Of a stretch of DNA of 64,000 nucleotides, positions 19,886 through 30,316 are shown in pieces (the first letter of the stretch is position 1; each line of letters starts with the position of its first letter). A program made the position numbers and the translations under genes. The notes beneath the pieces were generated by a model. It was not told the DNA's origin and searched no databases. It was given only the letters and a program-made list of their open reading frames with translations. The stretch spans positions 256,001 to 320,000 of the forward strand of contig CAVRZA010000006.1 of assembly GCA_963725665.1 (NCBI GenBank). Direction: 5' to 3'. Origin of the DNA: an uncultured Actinomycetes bacterium. Its GTDB lineage: Bacteria > Actinomycetota > Thermoleophilia > UBA2241.

Positions 19886-20876
19886 CTAGATGATTGATTC
19901 CACGCCGTCAGGCACAGTAGCAGACCAAAGAACGGCTGGGACGGCCGAGACGATGGTTGAGCGTGACACACGCGGCCAGGCAGCAGAAGCGCTGCAGAAG
20001 ACGCTCGCGCAGGCCCGCCATCGTGCGCGCCCCGTGACGCTCCAGGGTGAGCAGGTCCTTGGCCGTCCAGAAGATCGACTCGATGCGCTGGCGGATGGGT
20101 GCCAGGTGAGGCCCCCGGCGCTGTTCGTCCTGGCGGGCGGGACGCACGATGAGCACGCCCAGCTCGGCCACGGCGCCGGCGAAGTCGCCTCCGGCGTAGC
20201 CCTTGTCGCAGAGAAGGACCTCACCGCCCGCCAACCCGCACCTCTCCAGCAGCCCCAGGCCGACCTCGCGCTCGTCACGGCCCGGCGCGGCCAGCTCGAG
20301 GGCCCTGGGGGTGCCGTCGGGGGCGAAGATGGCGTGCAGGCGCAGGCCCCAGAACCAGCGCGAGTGCGCGGCACACCAGCCGTAGCCGGCCACCTCGGCG
20401 AGGGCGGAGCGTCTGACGGTCTCGCGGCTGCGCGCGCACTCCACGGGGGTGGAGTCCATGAGCAGAAGGTCGTCCCTCGCACCCGGGCTCTGGGCGGCGA
20501 AGTGCGCCATCAGCCACTCGATCGCATCGGCCAGGCGGCGGCGGCGTTTGAAGTAGGCGGGCTGGGAGGGCAGGCGGGGAAAGAGGTGGTCAAGGCGCTT
20601 GCGGGCCACGGCCAGGAAGCGGCGGTCGGAGCAGATGCCCATGATGGCCTGGGCCACGCAGAGGGTGACGACCTCAGCGTCGGAGACGCGCCGGCGGGCG
20701 TTGCCCTTCGCCTCTGGCAGAAGATCGTCGGCTGTGCAATAAACGACCGTGCAGAGAGTGTCGAGGTTGGCGTCCATCGTGGCCTCCGGGTCGACGGTGT
20801 CTTAGGCACCGTCGGCTTCGACCTCTCTGCGTTTCTTTCCTTGCGCAGGCTCAAATTCGTGGAATCAGTCATCTAG
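19886..20876 (-). mobile_element. IS982-family insertion sequence
   Basis: Terminal inverted repeats CTAGATGATTGATTCCACG (19886-19904) and CGTGGAATCAGTCATCTAG (20858-20876), 18/19 match; lies between a PotD-like gene and the APC permease. Confidence 0.85.
19908..20777 (-). CDS. IS982-family DDE transposase
   Basis: SDAEVVTL, MDSTP, GYGWCAAHSRWFWG, DKGY and RQRIES motifs. Confidence 0.88.
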   Translation of the reverse strand: MDANLDTLCTVVYCTADDLLPEAKGNARRRVSDAEVVTLCVAQAIMGICSDRRFLAVARKRLDHLFPRLPSQPAYFKRRRRLADAIEWLMAHFAAQSPGARDDLLLMDSTPVECARSRETVRRSALAEVAGYGWCAAHSRWFWGLRLHAIFAPDGTPRALELAAPGRDEREVGLGLLERCGLAGGEVLLCDKGYAGGDFAGAVAELGVLIVRPARQDEQRRGPHLAPIRQRIESIFWTAKDLLTLERHGARTMAGLRERLLQRFCCLAACVTLNHRLGRPSRSLVCYCA

Positions 20877-20973
20877 TGCGTCGCCCCCTGCCCCTGTCGC
20901 GGCACACAGACCGACTGCGTGCTTTCCTTGCTTCCCTGCATCACGTGCCGACAGGGAGCTTCTGGACACCACT

Positions 20974-22176
20974 TCACGCGCTCTTGATCTTCTGCCAGGC
21001 CTCGGCCCACTTCTCCGTGAAGGCACCGAGGTCGGTCTCCTGCTGGCCCCGCTTCAGCTCCTCCTCGTTGGGTTCGAAGGAAAGCACGATCTTGTCGACC
21101 CACGCCTTCGCCTGCGGGATCGGCGTGTGGTACCAGGTGTAGTTGATGGTCTCCGCCGCGACCTTGGGGTCCATCAAGAAGTTCATGAGCAGGTGCGCGG
21201 CGTACGGGCTCGGCGCCCCCACGGGGATGCAGTAGCAGTCCTGGTAGATGTTGTAACCCTCGAGGGGCAGCACGTACTGCAGCCGCTTGGCGCCCAGGGT
21301 GGGCAGCGCCATGAGCAGCCAGCCGTCCCAGCCCTGCACCAGGGGCACGCCGGAGATGATGGCGCGCTTCATGTTGATCGAATCGTAGGCACGCACGAGC
21401 GGCTTCTGCTCGATGCACTTCTGGGTCGCCTGATCGAGCTCCGCCTGGTTGGTGCAGTTCTCCTTGCAGCCGAGCATGATGAGGGCCGACATCAGGAGCT
21501 CGCGCTGGTCGTTTAGCATGTTGATCCGGCCTTTGTAGTTCGGGTTCCAGAGGTCGGCCCACTTGGTGATGGGCTCCTTGATCATGTCGATGCGCACGCC
21601 GATGCCGGTGGTCCCCCAGTCGTAGGGGATGCTGTACTTCTTGCCGCCGTTCTCGTCCGGGTTGTCGTAGAGCGGCTTCTGGAAGCGCTCGGCCAAAGTG
21701 CGGAAGTTGGGCAGGTACGCCATATGCAGCGGCTGGATGAGGCCCGTCTTCATGAGGACGTGCACCATGTAGTCGGAGGGCACGATGAGGTCGTAGCCGC
21801 GGGCGCCCGCCTTGAGCTTGGAGAGCAGCGCCTCGTTGTCGTCGAAGTACGTCTGCTTGACCTTGATGCCGTACTTCTTCTCGAACCGCGAGATGACGTT
21901 GGGCGCCGTGTAGTCGGCCCAGTTGTAGAGGTGCAGCGTGCTCGGCAGCGTGGTGTCGAGCGGTGTGGGCGAGGCCGATGTGGTCGTCGGGACCTTGCCG
22001 CCGCAGGCCGCCAACACGGCGCCAGCGGCGGAGAGCGATAGGCCCAGAGCGGTCGCGCGGACAAGAAACTGCCGGCGGCTGATGCGCTCCTCTGCGAGGT
22101 CGGCAACGAGCGCCTCGAGACGCCGGTCCCTCAGTGACGTGGATGGTTCGGCGGAATCGCCGGAGAAGCCGTTCAT
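20974..22176 (-). CDS. PotD/PotF-like polyamine ABC substrate-binding lipoprotein (Tat signal)
   Basis: SRRQFL signal, LAAC lipobox, YNWADY, FDDNE, GYDLIVPSDYM and PYDWGTTGI motifs. Confidence 0.88.
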   Translation of the reverse strand: MNGFSGDSAEPSTSLRDRRLEALVADLAEERISRRQFLVRATALGLSLSAAGAVLAACGGKVPTTTSASPTPLDTTLPSTLHLYNWADYTAPNVISRFEKKYGIKVKQTYFDDNEALLSKLKAGARGYDLIVPSDYMVHVLMKTGLIQPLHMAYLPNFRTLAERFQKPLYDNPDENGGKKYSIPYDWGTTGIGVRIDMIKEPITKWADLWNPNYKGRINMLNDQRELLMSALIMLGCKENCTNQAELDQATQKCIEQKPLVRAYDSINMKRAIISGVPLVQGWDGWLLMALPTLGAKRLQYVLPLEGYNIYQDCYCIPVGAPSPYAAHLLMNFLMDPKVAAETINYTWYHTPIPQAKAWVDKIVLSFEPNEEELKRGQQETDLGAFTEKWAEAWQKIKSA

Positions 22177-22764
22177 GGCTCTTGCCCCTCTGTGTAACGT
22201 CGCGTGCCAGAGGGCCCAAGAGGCCGTCTGGCCTCACAAGGATTATACTCCTGACCCGCTTCGACAACCATCCATTGGCCCCTAGGGCTACTGTCTGCGA
22301 GGGCCCTCAGGCAGCCGGCCGGCTAGTCGCCTGACGTTCTCCTTGCCGCGATCACTCTGGAGGCCATCGACCGCGAGATCGGCAGGCTGGAGGCGCAACT
22401 CGGCCAGCGGGAGCAGTGAGCAGAGACGGCCGGCGGCGCGCTCGGCAGTCTGTCGGCAGTAGCCACGACGGGCAGGACAAGGGGAGCAGCTGGAGGTTCC
22501 GCCGTGATGTGCCAGCCAGACGGCCCTCTCCCGCAGGCTTCGCCTCCGCTAGCAATGCCCCTTGAAGGACAGAGCAGCGATAGACTGCGAGCCCTGATCC
22601 CGCAGATGTTCGCGTGTCCTGTCGGCGGCCTAATACCGTGGCAAGTAGTGGGCTTCATCAGGTCAGTCGGCTGTCAGCATCGATCTCCCTTCTCCCTCCT
22701 CCCTGATGTGCAGGTGGCTCATCGGGGAACACTCCTTAGTGCCACCGACGAAGGAGGTGAGGTC

Positions 22765-23055
22765 ATGATGGCAGTGAGTCCACAGGACCTTGTCGGGCGT
22801 GAGGTTTTCGCACGCGATGGCGACAAGATGGGGACCATCAAGGAGCTGGTCTACGAGGGGGACTACGTCGTCGTTCGGCGGCTGCTGTCCAGGCTCGTCG
22901 TGCCGGTCAGGGCGATCGAAAGCTCGGGCGACCGGCTGCTGATACCACACACCTCGTCGTACCTTGACATGGCTCCGAAGGTCGACACCAAGCACCCCCT
23001 GTCTGCGGAGGACAGGAGCCTGCTCGAGGACTTCTACATGCCGCACGCGGCGTAG
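22765..23055 (+). CDS. PRC-barrel domain protein
   Basis: LVGREVF.RDGDKMGTI pattern, strong RBS AAGGAGGT. Confidence 0.7.
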   Translation: MMAVSPQDLVGREVFARDGDKMGTIKELVYEGDYVVVRRLLSRLVVPVRAIESSGDRLLIPHTSSYLDMAPKVDTKHPLSAEDRSLLEDFYMPHAA

Positions 23056-23061
23056 CAGTTG

Positions 23062-23090
23062 CGCCCCCGTCGCCCGGCGGGGGCGTCTTT
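23062..23090 (+). terminator. Putative intrinsic terminator
   Basis: CGCCCCCG...CGGGGGCG stem followed by TCTTT. Confidence 0.5.
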
Positions 23091-23369
23091 ACAGGGGCCA
23101 CGGGCTATCCGGACGGTTCAGGCGTTCCGAGCGGAAGTGGAACATCGTGGGTCTTATGGTGTTCATCGCCGAGAACGGTAGTCAGACACTCAGATGGAAC
23201 GGGGCTGGAAGAGGTTCGGGGGCGCTCTTCGGGGGTCAGTGGATTTGCCGGGGGACCTGGGGCCTGCATGTGCTCGATCCTCGCCTCGCTTCGCCCGCCG
23301 GGAGTCTTCGAAGCAGACTGCGATCCGCCGCCTCCGTTCGCAACCAGGGAATCGTCAGGGGGTCACGCC

Positions 23370-24542
23370 GTGAATGAGAACGAGATCGCCAGACTCGTGC
23401 AAGAGTCCGCCCGTGGCAGCTGCACCCGCGGCCAATTCATCCGCGGTGCTGTGGCTGCCGGGCTTTCCGTGCCGGCGGCTGCCGCCCTCTTGGCGGCCTG
23501 TGGCAGCGCTGGCACGAGCGGGACGACGTCGCAGCCCACGGCGATGGACACCACAAAGCCCGCCAAACTCTTCCTCTACAACTGGGCCGATTATCTCGCG
23601 CCCTCCGTGCAGAAGGGCTTCGAGCGCACGTACGGCATCAAGGTGGTGCAGACCTACTTCGACGACAACGAGGCCATGCTTACGAAGCTCAAGGCCGGAG
23701 CCACGGGGTACGACGTCATCGTGCCCACCGGCTACATGTCCACCATCCTCGCCAAGACCGGCTTGATCCAGCCCTTGAACGCCGACCTGCTGCCCAACCG
23801 CGAGTACATTCCGCCCAAGTACGAGAACCCGGCCTACGACCCGGTGACGAACGGCAAGTTCTACACCGTGCCCTACATGTGGGGCACCACCGGCATCTGC
23901 TTGCGCACGGACAAGATAAAGGACGAGCTCACACGCTGGGCAGATCTCTGGAACCCCAAGTACAAGAACATGATCGCGATGATGAACGACGAGAGAGAGG
24001 ACCTGGGGGCTGCCCTGAAGCTCCTGGGCTACTCCCTCAACACGACCGATCCCGGCGAGATCAGACAGGCGGCCGACAAGCTCATCGAGCAGAAGCCGCT
24101 CGTGCGCAAGTACGTCGTCACGTCGGTGTGGCGGGAGATCGCCGCGGGAACGCCGATCTGTCACTCGTGGAACGGGGAGGTAGCCCTGGCCGTGAACGGA
24201 CTAGGCAAGGGCAGCGAGAAGCTCGTCAAGTTCGTGCTCCCGCAGGAGGGCTTCACGGTCTGGACGGACACCCTGGCCATACCGGTAGGAGCGCCGAGCC
24301 CCTACGGAGCGCATCTGTTCATGAACTACGTGATGGATCCCAAGGTGGCCGAGAAGAACGCCCTCTTCACCGGCTATCTTCCTGGCAATGTGCCGGCGAT
24401 GGCTGGGGTGCAGGAGAAGAACCCGGTGGCCGCGATGATAACTCCGACCGACCAGGAGCTTGAGCGTGGCGAGTTCCTCCTCGACCCCGGCGTCGCGACG
24501 CAGTACTACTCGTCAGAGTGGCAACGGGTGAAGTCAGCCTAG
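23370..24542 (+). CDS. PotD/PotF-like polyamine ABC substrate-binding lipoprotein
   Basis: TRGQFI signal, LAAC lipobox, YNWADY, GYDVIVPTGYM and PYMWGTTGI motifs. Confidence 0.88.
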   Translation: MNENEIARLVQESARGSCTRGQFIRGAVAAGLSVPAAAALLAACGSAGTSGTTSQPTAMDTTKPAKLFLYNWADYLAPSVQKGFERTYGIKVVQTYFDDNEAMLTKLKAGATGYDVIVPTGYMSTILAKTGLIQPLNADLLPNREYIPPKYENPAYDPVTNGKFYTVPYMWGTTGICLRTDKIKDELTRWADLWNPKYKNMIAMMNDEREDLGAALKLLGYSLNTTDPGEIRQAADKLIEQKPLVRKYVVTSVWREIAAGTPICHSWNGEVALAVNGLGKGSEKLVKFVLPQEGFTVWTDTLAIPVGAPSPYGAHLFMNYVMDPKVAEKNALFTGYLPGNVPAMAGVQEKNPVAAMITPTDQELERGEFLLDPGVATQYYSSEWQRVKSA

Positions 24543-24907
24543 CCCTTTCGCACTACTGCAGCGTCATGAAGCCCGCCGCCTCGGCAGCGCTCAGCATCCG
24601 CCGGACAGAGGCCCGAGTCACCGCAGTGGCAGCGGGCCCCAGCCCCTCTTGTGGCGGTGAGGAGGGACCCCTCGTGCCTGATCGGGGGGTCACGGCCGCA
24701 GGAGGCCATCCTCTCGCCACGCGTGCAAGCCCAAAGGAGTACGCGCGCCTGCCGAGTTGTGCCGCCAGGACGTCTCGAGGTCAGGGCCTGTGGCTAGAGG
24801 AGCACACCGCCAGTTCTCAGGACGCAGCCGCCACTGCAGCCACTGCAGCCGACTTTCGTCCGGCCATGAAAATCCACCTGGGAGGCCCGCGTTGTGTCCA
24901 GCGGTAG

Positions 24908-26475
24908 CGGTGGTTGTAGGCTGCCATGACCGGGCCAGGGGCTTCCGGGAGAACGCAGGACGGGCAGGCCGCGCAATGCCGTGGGCTACAAGCCCGATCT
25001 TGTCTGTGGCCGCCCCTGCGACTGCACCCGGGTGTGCTTATGAGCACGAATCCGTCGGTGTCGATTCGCCCGCCTGCGCTCCGCGGTCAAGCGAGCCAGA
25101 AAGGAGTGCCCATGCGAGCGATCGGCATCGACGTCCACCGCGACTTCTGCGAGCTGGCGATCTCGGAGGACGGACGCCTGCGCTCGGCCGGGCGCGTCGC
25201 CTCGACCCCGGCCGAGCTTGCGCTGCTGGCCGCCAGTCTGCAAGCCGACGACGTGGTGGCCCTGGAGACGACCGGCAACGCACTGGCCATCGCGCGCATC
25301 CTCGAGGGACACGTGGCGCGCGTGGTGGTGGCCAGCGCCAAGGAGCTGCACGCGATCTCAGACGCCAAGGCCAAGACCGACCGCAGAGACGCGCGCACCC
25401 TGGCCAGGCTGCTGGCGGCCGGCATGCTGGAGGGTACCTGGCTGCCCGACGAGGCCACACGCGCCCTGCGCCGTCGGCTGCAGCGTCGGGAGCAGCTCGT
25501 GCGCCAGCGCAGCCGTCTCAAGAACGAGATCCACGCCACCCTGTATCGCAACCTCTCGGGTGCCGGTCCGGCCAGCGATCTCTTCGGGACGGCGGGGCGG
25601 CGCTGGCTGGCCGGCCTTGCGCTGCCCGCCGACGAGCGCGAGACGGTCGACGGCTGCCTGCGCGTGCTCGACTTCCTCGGTGACGAGGTCGACCACCTGG
25701 AGCAGGCCGTCGCTTGCCAGGCGCTGGCCTCGCCCGAGATCCGCCGCCTCGTGACGATCCCCGGCGTCAACCTGATCACCGCCGCCACCCTGATGGCCGT
25801 GATCGGCGACGTGGGGCGCTTTGCCTCGGCGCGTAAGCTGGTCGGTTACCTGGGCCTCGATCCGCGCGTGCGCCAGTCGGGCTCCGCTGCGGCGCGCATG
25901 GGACGGATCTCCAAGGAGGGCGCCGCCAGCGCGCGCCGCGTGCTCTGCGAGGCCGCCCAGGCGGCCATGCGCACCCCGGGGCCGCTGCGCGCCTTCGGGC
26001 AGCGCGTAGGAGCCCGGCGCGGCCACCAGGTGGCCGTCGTGGCCGTCGCCCGCAAGCTGGCCAGCCTCGCCTGGCGGCTGCTTGACAAGCGGCCAGGACT
26101 ACGCCTTTGCCAGCCCCTCGCGGGTGGCCTTGAAGCTGCGCCGCATCGAGCTGCGCGCCGGTGCGCCGCGCCAGCGCGGACGCCGCTCGAACGCGACACT
26201 GAACGCCCGGCGGGAACGCGAACGAGAGCTCGCCTTGGCCGCCGAGCGCGCCTACCAGCGCCTGGTCTCAGACTGGCAGGCCGGCGCCAAGAAGGACAAG
26301 GGCGCGGGCGCCGCAGCGGGGCGCGCATCCTAGGAAGGCCCGCGCAGGACCGAGCAGCGCGGCAGACTCACAAGCCCCGACGTCTGCGCTTGAGCTCGCG
26401 GTCACCCGCACCCAAGAGATTACGTTCGCACAGGGAGGTCGGGCTGTCGAGAAGGACTTGACTTTCATCCGTCGG
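24908..26475 (+). mobile_element. IS110-family element (ends approximate)
   Basis: About 200 nt left non-coding region; TTGACT near the right end (26458) and TAGGCT near the left end (24917), consistent with a circle-junction promoter. Confidence 0.65.
25112..26333 (+). CDS. IS110-family recombinase/transposase, frameshift at ~26087
   Basis: IGIDVH, ALET, KTDRRDA, YLGLDPRVRQSG and VARKL motifs. Confidence 0.9.
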
Positions 26476-26547
26476 CAATATGTCGGCAAAGGGACAGACT
26501 GGCCAAAACAGGCGCAGACCGAGAGTGGCTATGTGCAGGGAAAAGCT

Positions 26548-26596
26548 TGGAGGCGGCGACCGGAGTCGAACCGGTGATGGAGGTTTTGCAGACCTC
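26548..26596 (-). other. tRNA-Cys(GCA) 3'-half fragment
   Basis: GAGGT-CTGCAAA-ACCTC anticodon arm, ACCGG-TTCGACT-CCGGT T-arm, CGCCGCC-T-CCA end; no D-arm or GGCGGCG 5' strand upstream. Confidence 0.8.
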
Positions 26597-26631
26597 CCGC
26601 CCCTTCCGTGCCTACGAGAGGACCATGCCTT

Positions 26632-27345
26632 CTACGAAAGGACCTTGCGGCTCTCCAGGTGCAGATCGACCTTGCGCTTGATGCGCTGCAGCGCGTTGTC
26701 GACGGTCTTGCAGTCGCAGTCGAGCTCGCGCGCGATCTTCTCGTAGGAGAGGCCGCGCAGGTAGAGCCTGAGCACGCGGCTCTCGAGGTTGGAGAGCAGA
26801 CGCGTCAGGCAGTGTTTGAGGCTCTCGACCTCTTCCGAGGAGATCACCTGGTTCACGGGGTCGTGGACGGTGGGACCGGGCAGGATGTCGGCGAGAGAGC
26901 ACTCGCCCTCGTCGCCGGCATCGCCCGGCGTATGGCTGAAGGACAGGTACCCATTGAGGGGAACGTGCTTCTGCCGCGTCGCCGTCTTGATCGCGGTGAT
27001 TATCTGGCGCGTTATGCAGAGCTCGGCGAAACTGCGAAAGGACGCCTGCCTGTCTTCACGGTAGTCACGCACGGCCTTGTAGAGACCGAGCATCCCCTCC
27101 TGGACCAGGTCCTCGGCGTCGCCGCCGGCGAGAAAGTACGAGCTGGCCTTCAGACGCACGAACTGGTGGTAACGCAACATCAGGGCGTCGAGCGCCGGCG
27201 TGTTGCCGCGACGATACGCGTTGACCAACGCAAGGTCTGAACTCTCGTGGAAGGGTTGAGGGTTCTGGAGGTGGGTCGAGGCCCTGCCGGGCTCCGCTTG
27301 GCGCGCCGGCTTCGTACCCCTCACCTCTTGGCTTTTTCGCTGCAT
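26632..27345 (-). CDS. sigH: RNA polymerase sigma factor SigH (Spo0H-like)
   Basis: DLVQEGMLGLYKAVRDY, SFRSFAELCITRQIITAIKTATRQKH.PLN and DNALQRIKRK motifs; conserved gene order. Confidence 0.9.
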   Translation of the reverse strand: MQRKSQEVRGTKPARQAEPGRASTHLQNPQPFHESSDLALVNAYRRGNTPALDALMLRYHQFVRLKASSYFLAGGDAEDLVQEGMLGLYKAVRDYREDRQASFRSFAELCITRQIITAIKTATRQKHVPLNGYLSFSHTPGDAGDEGECSLADILPGPTVHDPVNQVISSEEVESLKHCLTRLLSNLESRVLRLYLRGLSYEKIARELDCDCKTVDNALQRIKRKVDLHLESRKVLS

Positions 27346-27353
27346 ACGAGGAA

Positions 27354-27866
27354 CTACTGCCCCTGGGTCCTCATCCTTTCGAGCCTGCGCCAAGTCTCAA
27401 GGTCAACTTTATCCTCAAGGCTCCCCGGCATTCTAGTCGAATCGTCGGACTTTGCAAGGTCTTTTGAGAGGAAGTCGATGTCGAGGCCGAGCTCGCGCGG
27501 CGTCATGCGCCGTACCCCGGCCCGAGCCGCCGTTCGCTGCACCTCCTGGTCTGCCGACACCACGACCACCGAGACGTCGGGCGGCTGCTCGGCGATACGC
27601 CGTGCTATGAGCGTGTCGGCCGAGAACTTGCCCCCGGCGAAGCACACCTCGACACGCGTGCCCGTCAGCGGCTCGCAGGCCGGCCTCGGCTTGCCGTGCG
27701 CATCCCACACGAGGACCACGTCGGCCTCGCGCAGAGCCGCGAAGCTCGCGAGCTGATCGGCCAGCCAGTCCCGACGACGGGCCAGCTCGCTGGCGGACAT
27801 CTCCGCGAACAGGGCGTGCAGCACGTTGTAGCCGTCGACGACGTAGAGCAGACGGGACGCGTTCAC
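27354..27866 (-). CDS. NYN-domain (YacP/Rae1-like) ribonuclease
   Basis: VVDGYNV, VWD, SAD..I and VVSAD motifs; lies between rlmB and sigH. Confidence 0.85.
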   Translation of the reverse strand: MNASRLLYVVDGYNVLHALFAEMSASELARRRDWLADQLASFAALREADVVLVWDAHGKPRPACEPLTGTRVEVCFAGGKFSADTLIARRIAEQPPDVSVVVVSADQEVQRTAARAGVRRMTPRELGLDIDFLSKDLAKSDDSTRMPGSLEDKVDLETWRRLERMRTQGQ

Positions 27867-28639
27867 CGACGATCCTCCGAGCTGCTGCCGCCGTCGGGCC
27901 GCGACGCGCCCGTCGCGGCCCGACGGCGGCGCGCACCGGTCTCCTCGTGGCGGCGCCGGAGCTCGAAGAGCACGACCGCCGCCGCCACGCTCACGTTGAG
28001 GCTCTCGACCGGTCCCTCGATGGGGATCGCCGCGACGCCGTCGCACGTGCGCGCCACCAGCGGACGCAGGCCGCGACCCTCCGAGCCGAAGACGAGCGCC
28101 ACCTTGCCCCCGAGATCGAGCTCGAGGTACGAGGTCGCCGCGTCGCCGGCGGCGCCGTAGACCCAAAACCCGGCTTTCTTGAGCTGCCCGAGGAAGCCGG
28201 CGACGTTGGTGACGTGAGCGATGGGCAGGTGCTCGGTCGCGCCGGCCGCCGCCTTCACGGCGGCCGGCGTGACCGAGGCCGAGCGGTGCCGGGGCAGCGC
28301 GAGACCGTCGGCGCCTGCCGCAAGGGCGCTGCGAGCGACGGCCCCCAGGTTGCGCGGGTCGCTGACCTCGTCGAGGACGACGACGAGTGACCCGCCAAGG
28401 AGCCGCTCGGGCGGCGCGTACGGGTAGTCCCCGACCAGCATGGCGAGTCCTTGATGCTCACGCGAGCCGGTGAGCCGTTCGAGCTCGCGGGGCTCGGTCG
28501 CCTGCAGCTCGAGGCCCTGGGGCAACAGGCCTGCGACGACGCGCCGGGCGGCAGGCGTCACGGCGAGCTTGTGCGGCCGGCGCAGGGCGCCGGGCATCAG
28601 AGCGAGCCGCACCGCCTGCCGCCCGTAGATCCATTCCAT
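27863..28639 (-). CDS. rlmB: 23S rRNA Gm2251 methyltransferase RlmB (TrmH family)
   Basis: IYGRQAV, HQG, DPRNLGAVARS, GSEGRG and ESLNVSVA motifs. Confidence 0.9.
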   Translation of the reverse strand: MEWIYGRQAVRLALMPGALRRPHKLAVTPAARRVVAGLLPQGLELQATEPRELERLTGSREHQGLAMLVGDYPYAPPERLLGGSLVVVLDEVSDPRNLGAVARSALAAGADGLALPRHRSASVTPAAVKAAAGATEHLPIAHVTNVAGFLGQLKKAGFWVYGAAGDAATSYLELDLGGKVALVFGSEGRGLRPLVARTCDGVAAIPIEGPVESLNVSVAAAVVLFELRRRHEETGARRRRAATGASRPDGGSSSEDRR

Positions 28640-28747
28640 GGTCGGGTTGTCCCCCTCGCGAGGGTGACGTAACGAAAGACGCAACCACCTTCGCCGCGGC
28701 CGCCGGCGAACCCTGCGGGGTCGCGATGCGGGGGGCGCGGGACGCGC

Positions 28748-30316
28748 TTACTGACGCGGCACGACCTGCGTCCCCTGAGGCGTGTCGCGCACCTCGAAGC
28801 CGGCCGCCTGGATCTCGTCGCGCAGGGCGTCGGCCCGGCTCCAGTTCTTCATCGCCCGCTCGTGGTCGCGCAGCGCGGCAGCGTAGGTCGCGTCTCCTCG
28901 CACGAGCGCGCCGGTGTAGAGCAGTTCGATCTCGTCCCAGGCGCCCTCGGCGGCGAGATCCTGCGCCTGCGGCGCGACTGTTTCGCCGCCGTTTGGCCCA
29001 GTCAGCGTGGCGGAGCCAGCCGCCTCCGCGGTGCGGGTCGTGTGGGTTCCGCCGCCCGTGACGTCGTCGGGCAGGCCGATGAGCAGCACGCCGAGCCGCT
29101 CCTCTAGGAGCGTGCGGGCCTCGCTGAGCGCCACGACGTCGAGCGGCTCGAGACCCTCGTCGACGGCGGTCAGGTGGCGGTACGCTCCGGCGACGAGAGC
29201 GAAGAGGGAGCCGATGGCGCCCGCGGTGTTGAGGTCGTCGTCCATGTACTCGTCGAACTCCGCCCGCGCGCGCGCCAACGTCTCGCGGAGGTGCGCGACC
29301 TCGCCCCTCCGACGCGCCTTGTTGGCCGTCGCCAGTCTGAAGGTGACGTCGCGCAGGGCCCCGACGAGACGCTCGTACGACGCCTTTGCTTCGTCGAGCT
29401 TCTCCACGGAGAACTCCAGTGGGCTGCGGTAGTGCGTCGTTAGGAAGTACGTCATGACGACCGCGGCGGAGTAGCGGTCGAGGCTCTCGCGCAGCAGCGT
29501 GATGTTGCCCACCGACTTGGCCATCTTCTCTCCCTCGGTGCGCAGCATCCCGTTGTGCATCCAGACGCGCGCGAACGGCAGACCGGCCGCCTCGGACTGG
29601 GCGATCTCGTTCTCGTGGTGGGGGAAGATGAGGTCGCGGCCACCGCCGTGGATGTCGAAGCCGGCCCCGAGGTAGCGCAGCCCCATCGCCGAGCACTCGA
29701 TGTGCCAGCCGGGACGGCCCTCTCCCCAGGGGCTTGCCCACGAGGGCTCGCCCGGCTTGGCCGCCTTCCAGACGGCGAAGTCGAGAGGGTCCTCCTTGCC
29801 CGGCTCGACACCGACGCGGGCACCCTCTTCCAGCTCCTCGATGCGCTGTCTCGAGAGCTTGCCGTACTGCGGGAAGCTGCGCACGCGGAAGTACACGCTT
29901 CCCTGTGCCTCGTAGGCGTGGCCGCCGGCGATCAGCTGGCAGCAAAGGTCGATGATCTCGGGGATGGTCTCGGTGGCCCGCGGCTCGATGTCGGGCCGCG
30001 GCAGGCCGAGCCGGTCGGTGTCGTCGAGGTACGCCTGCGTGAACTCGACCGCCACCTCAGACGCGGGGCGTCCCTCGGCGTTGGCCTTGGTGATGATCTT
30101 GTCGTCGACGTCGGTGATGTTCTCGACCAGCGTCACCTCGTAGCCGCGCTGGCGCAGCCAGCTGCGCAGCACGGCGAAGACCACATAGGGGCGCGCGTTG
30201 CCCACGTGAACGAGGTTGTAGACGGTGGGTCCGCAGGCGTAGATGCCGACCTTGCCGGGGTCGCGAGGGACGAAGTCCTCTTTGCGCTGCGTGAGCGAGT
30301 TGAACAACCGGATCAC
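28748..30316 (-). CDS. cysS: Cysteine--tRNA ligase
   Basis: [37 protein letters not shown] and KMAKS motifs. Confidence 0.97.
   Translation of the reverse strand: MIRLFNSLTQRKEDFVPRDPGKVGIYACGPTVYNLVHVGNARPYVVFAVLRSWLRQRGYEVTLVENITDVDDKIITKANAEGRPASEVAVEFTQAYLDDTDRLGLPRPDIEPRATETIPEIIDLCCQLIAGGHAYEAQGSVYFRVRSFPQYGKLSRQRIEELEEGARVGVEPGKEDPLDFAVWKAAKPGEPSWASPWGEGRPGWHIECSAMGLRYLGAGFDIHGGGRDLIFPHHENEIAQSEAAGLPFARVWMHNGMLRTEGEKMAKSVGNITLLRESLDRYSAAVVMTYFLTTHYRSPLEFSVEKLDEAKASYERLVGALRDVTFRLATANKARRRGEVAHLRETLARARAEFDEYMDDDLNTAGAIGSLFALVAGAYRHLTAVDEGLEPLDVVALSEARTLLEERLGVLLIGLPDDVTGGGTHTTRTAEAAGSATLTGPNGGETVAPQAQDLAAEGAWDEIELLYTGALVRGDATYAAALRDHERAMKNWSRADALRDEIQAAGFEVRDTPQGTQVVPRQ

Noticed and set aside
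24824-24851. Short tandem GCAGCCACT repeat
   Set aside because: Only about 2.5 copies in intergenic DNA, with no evident function.
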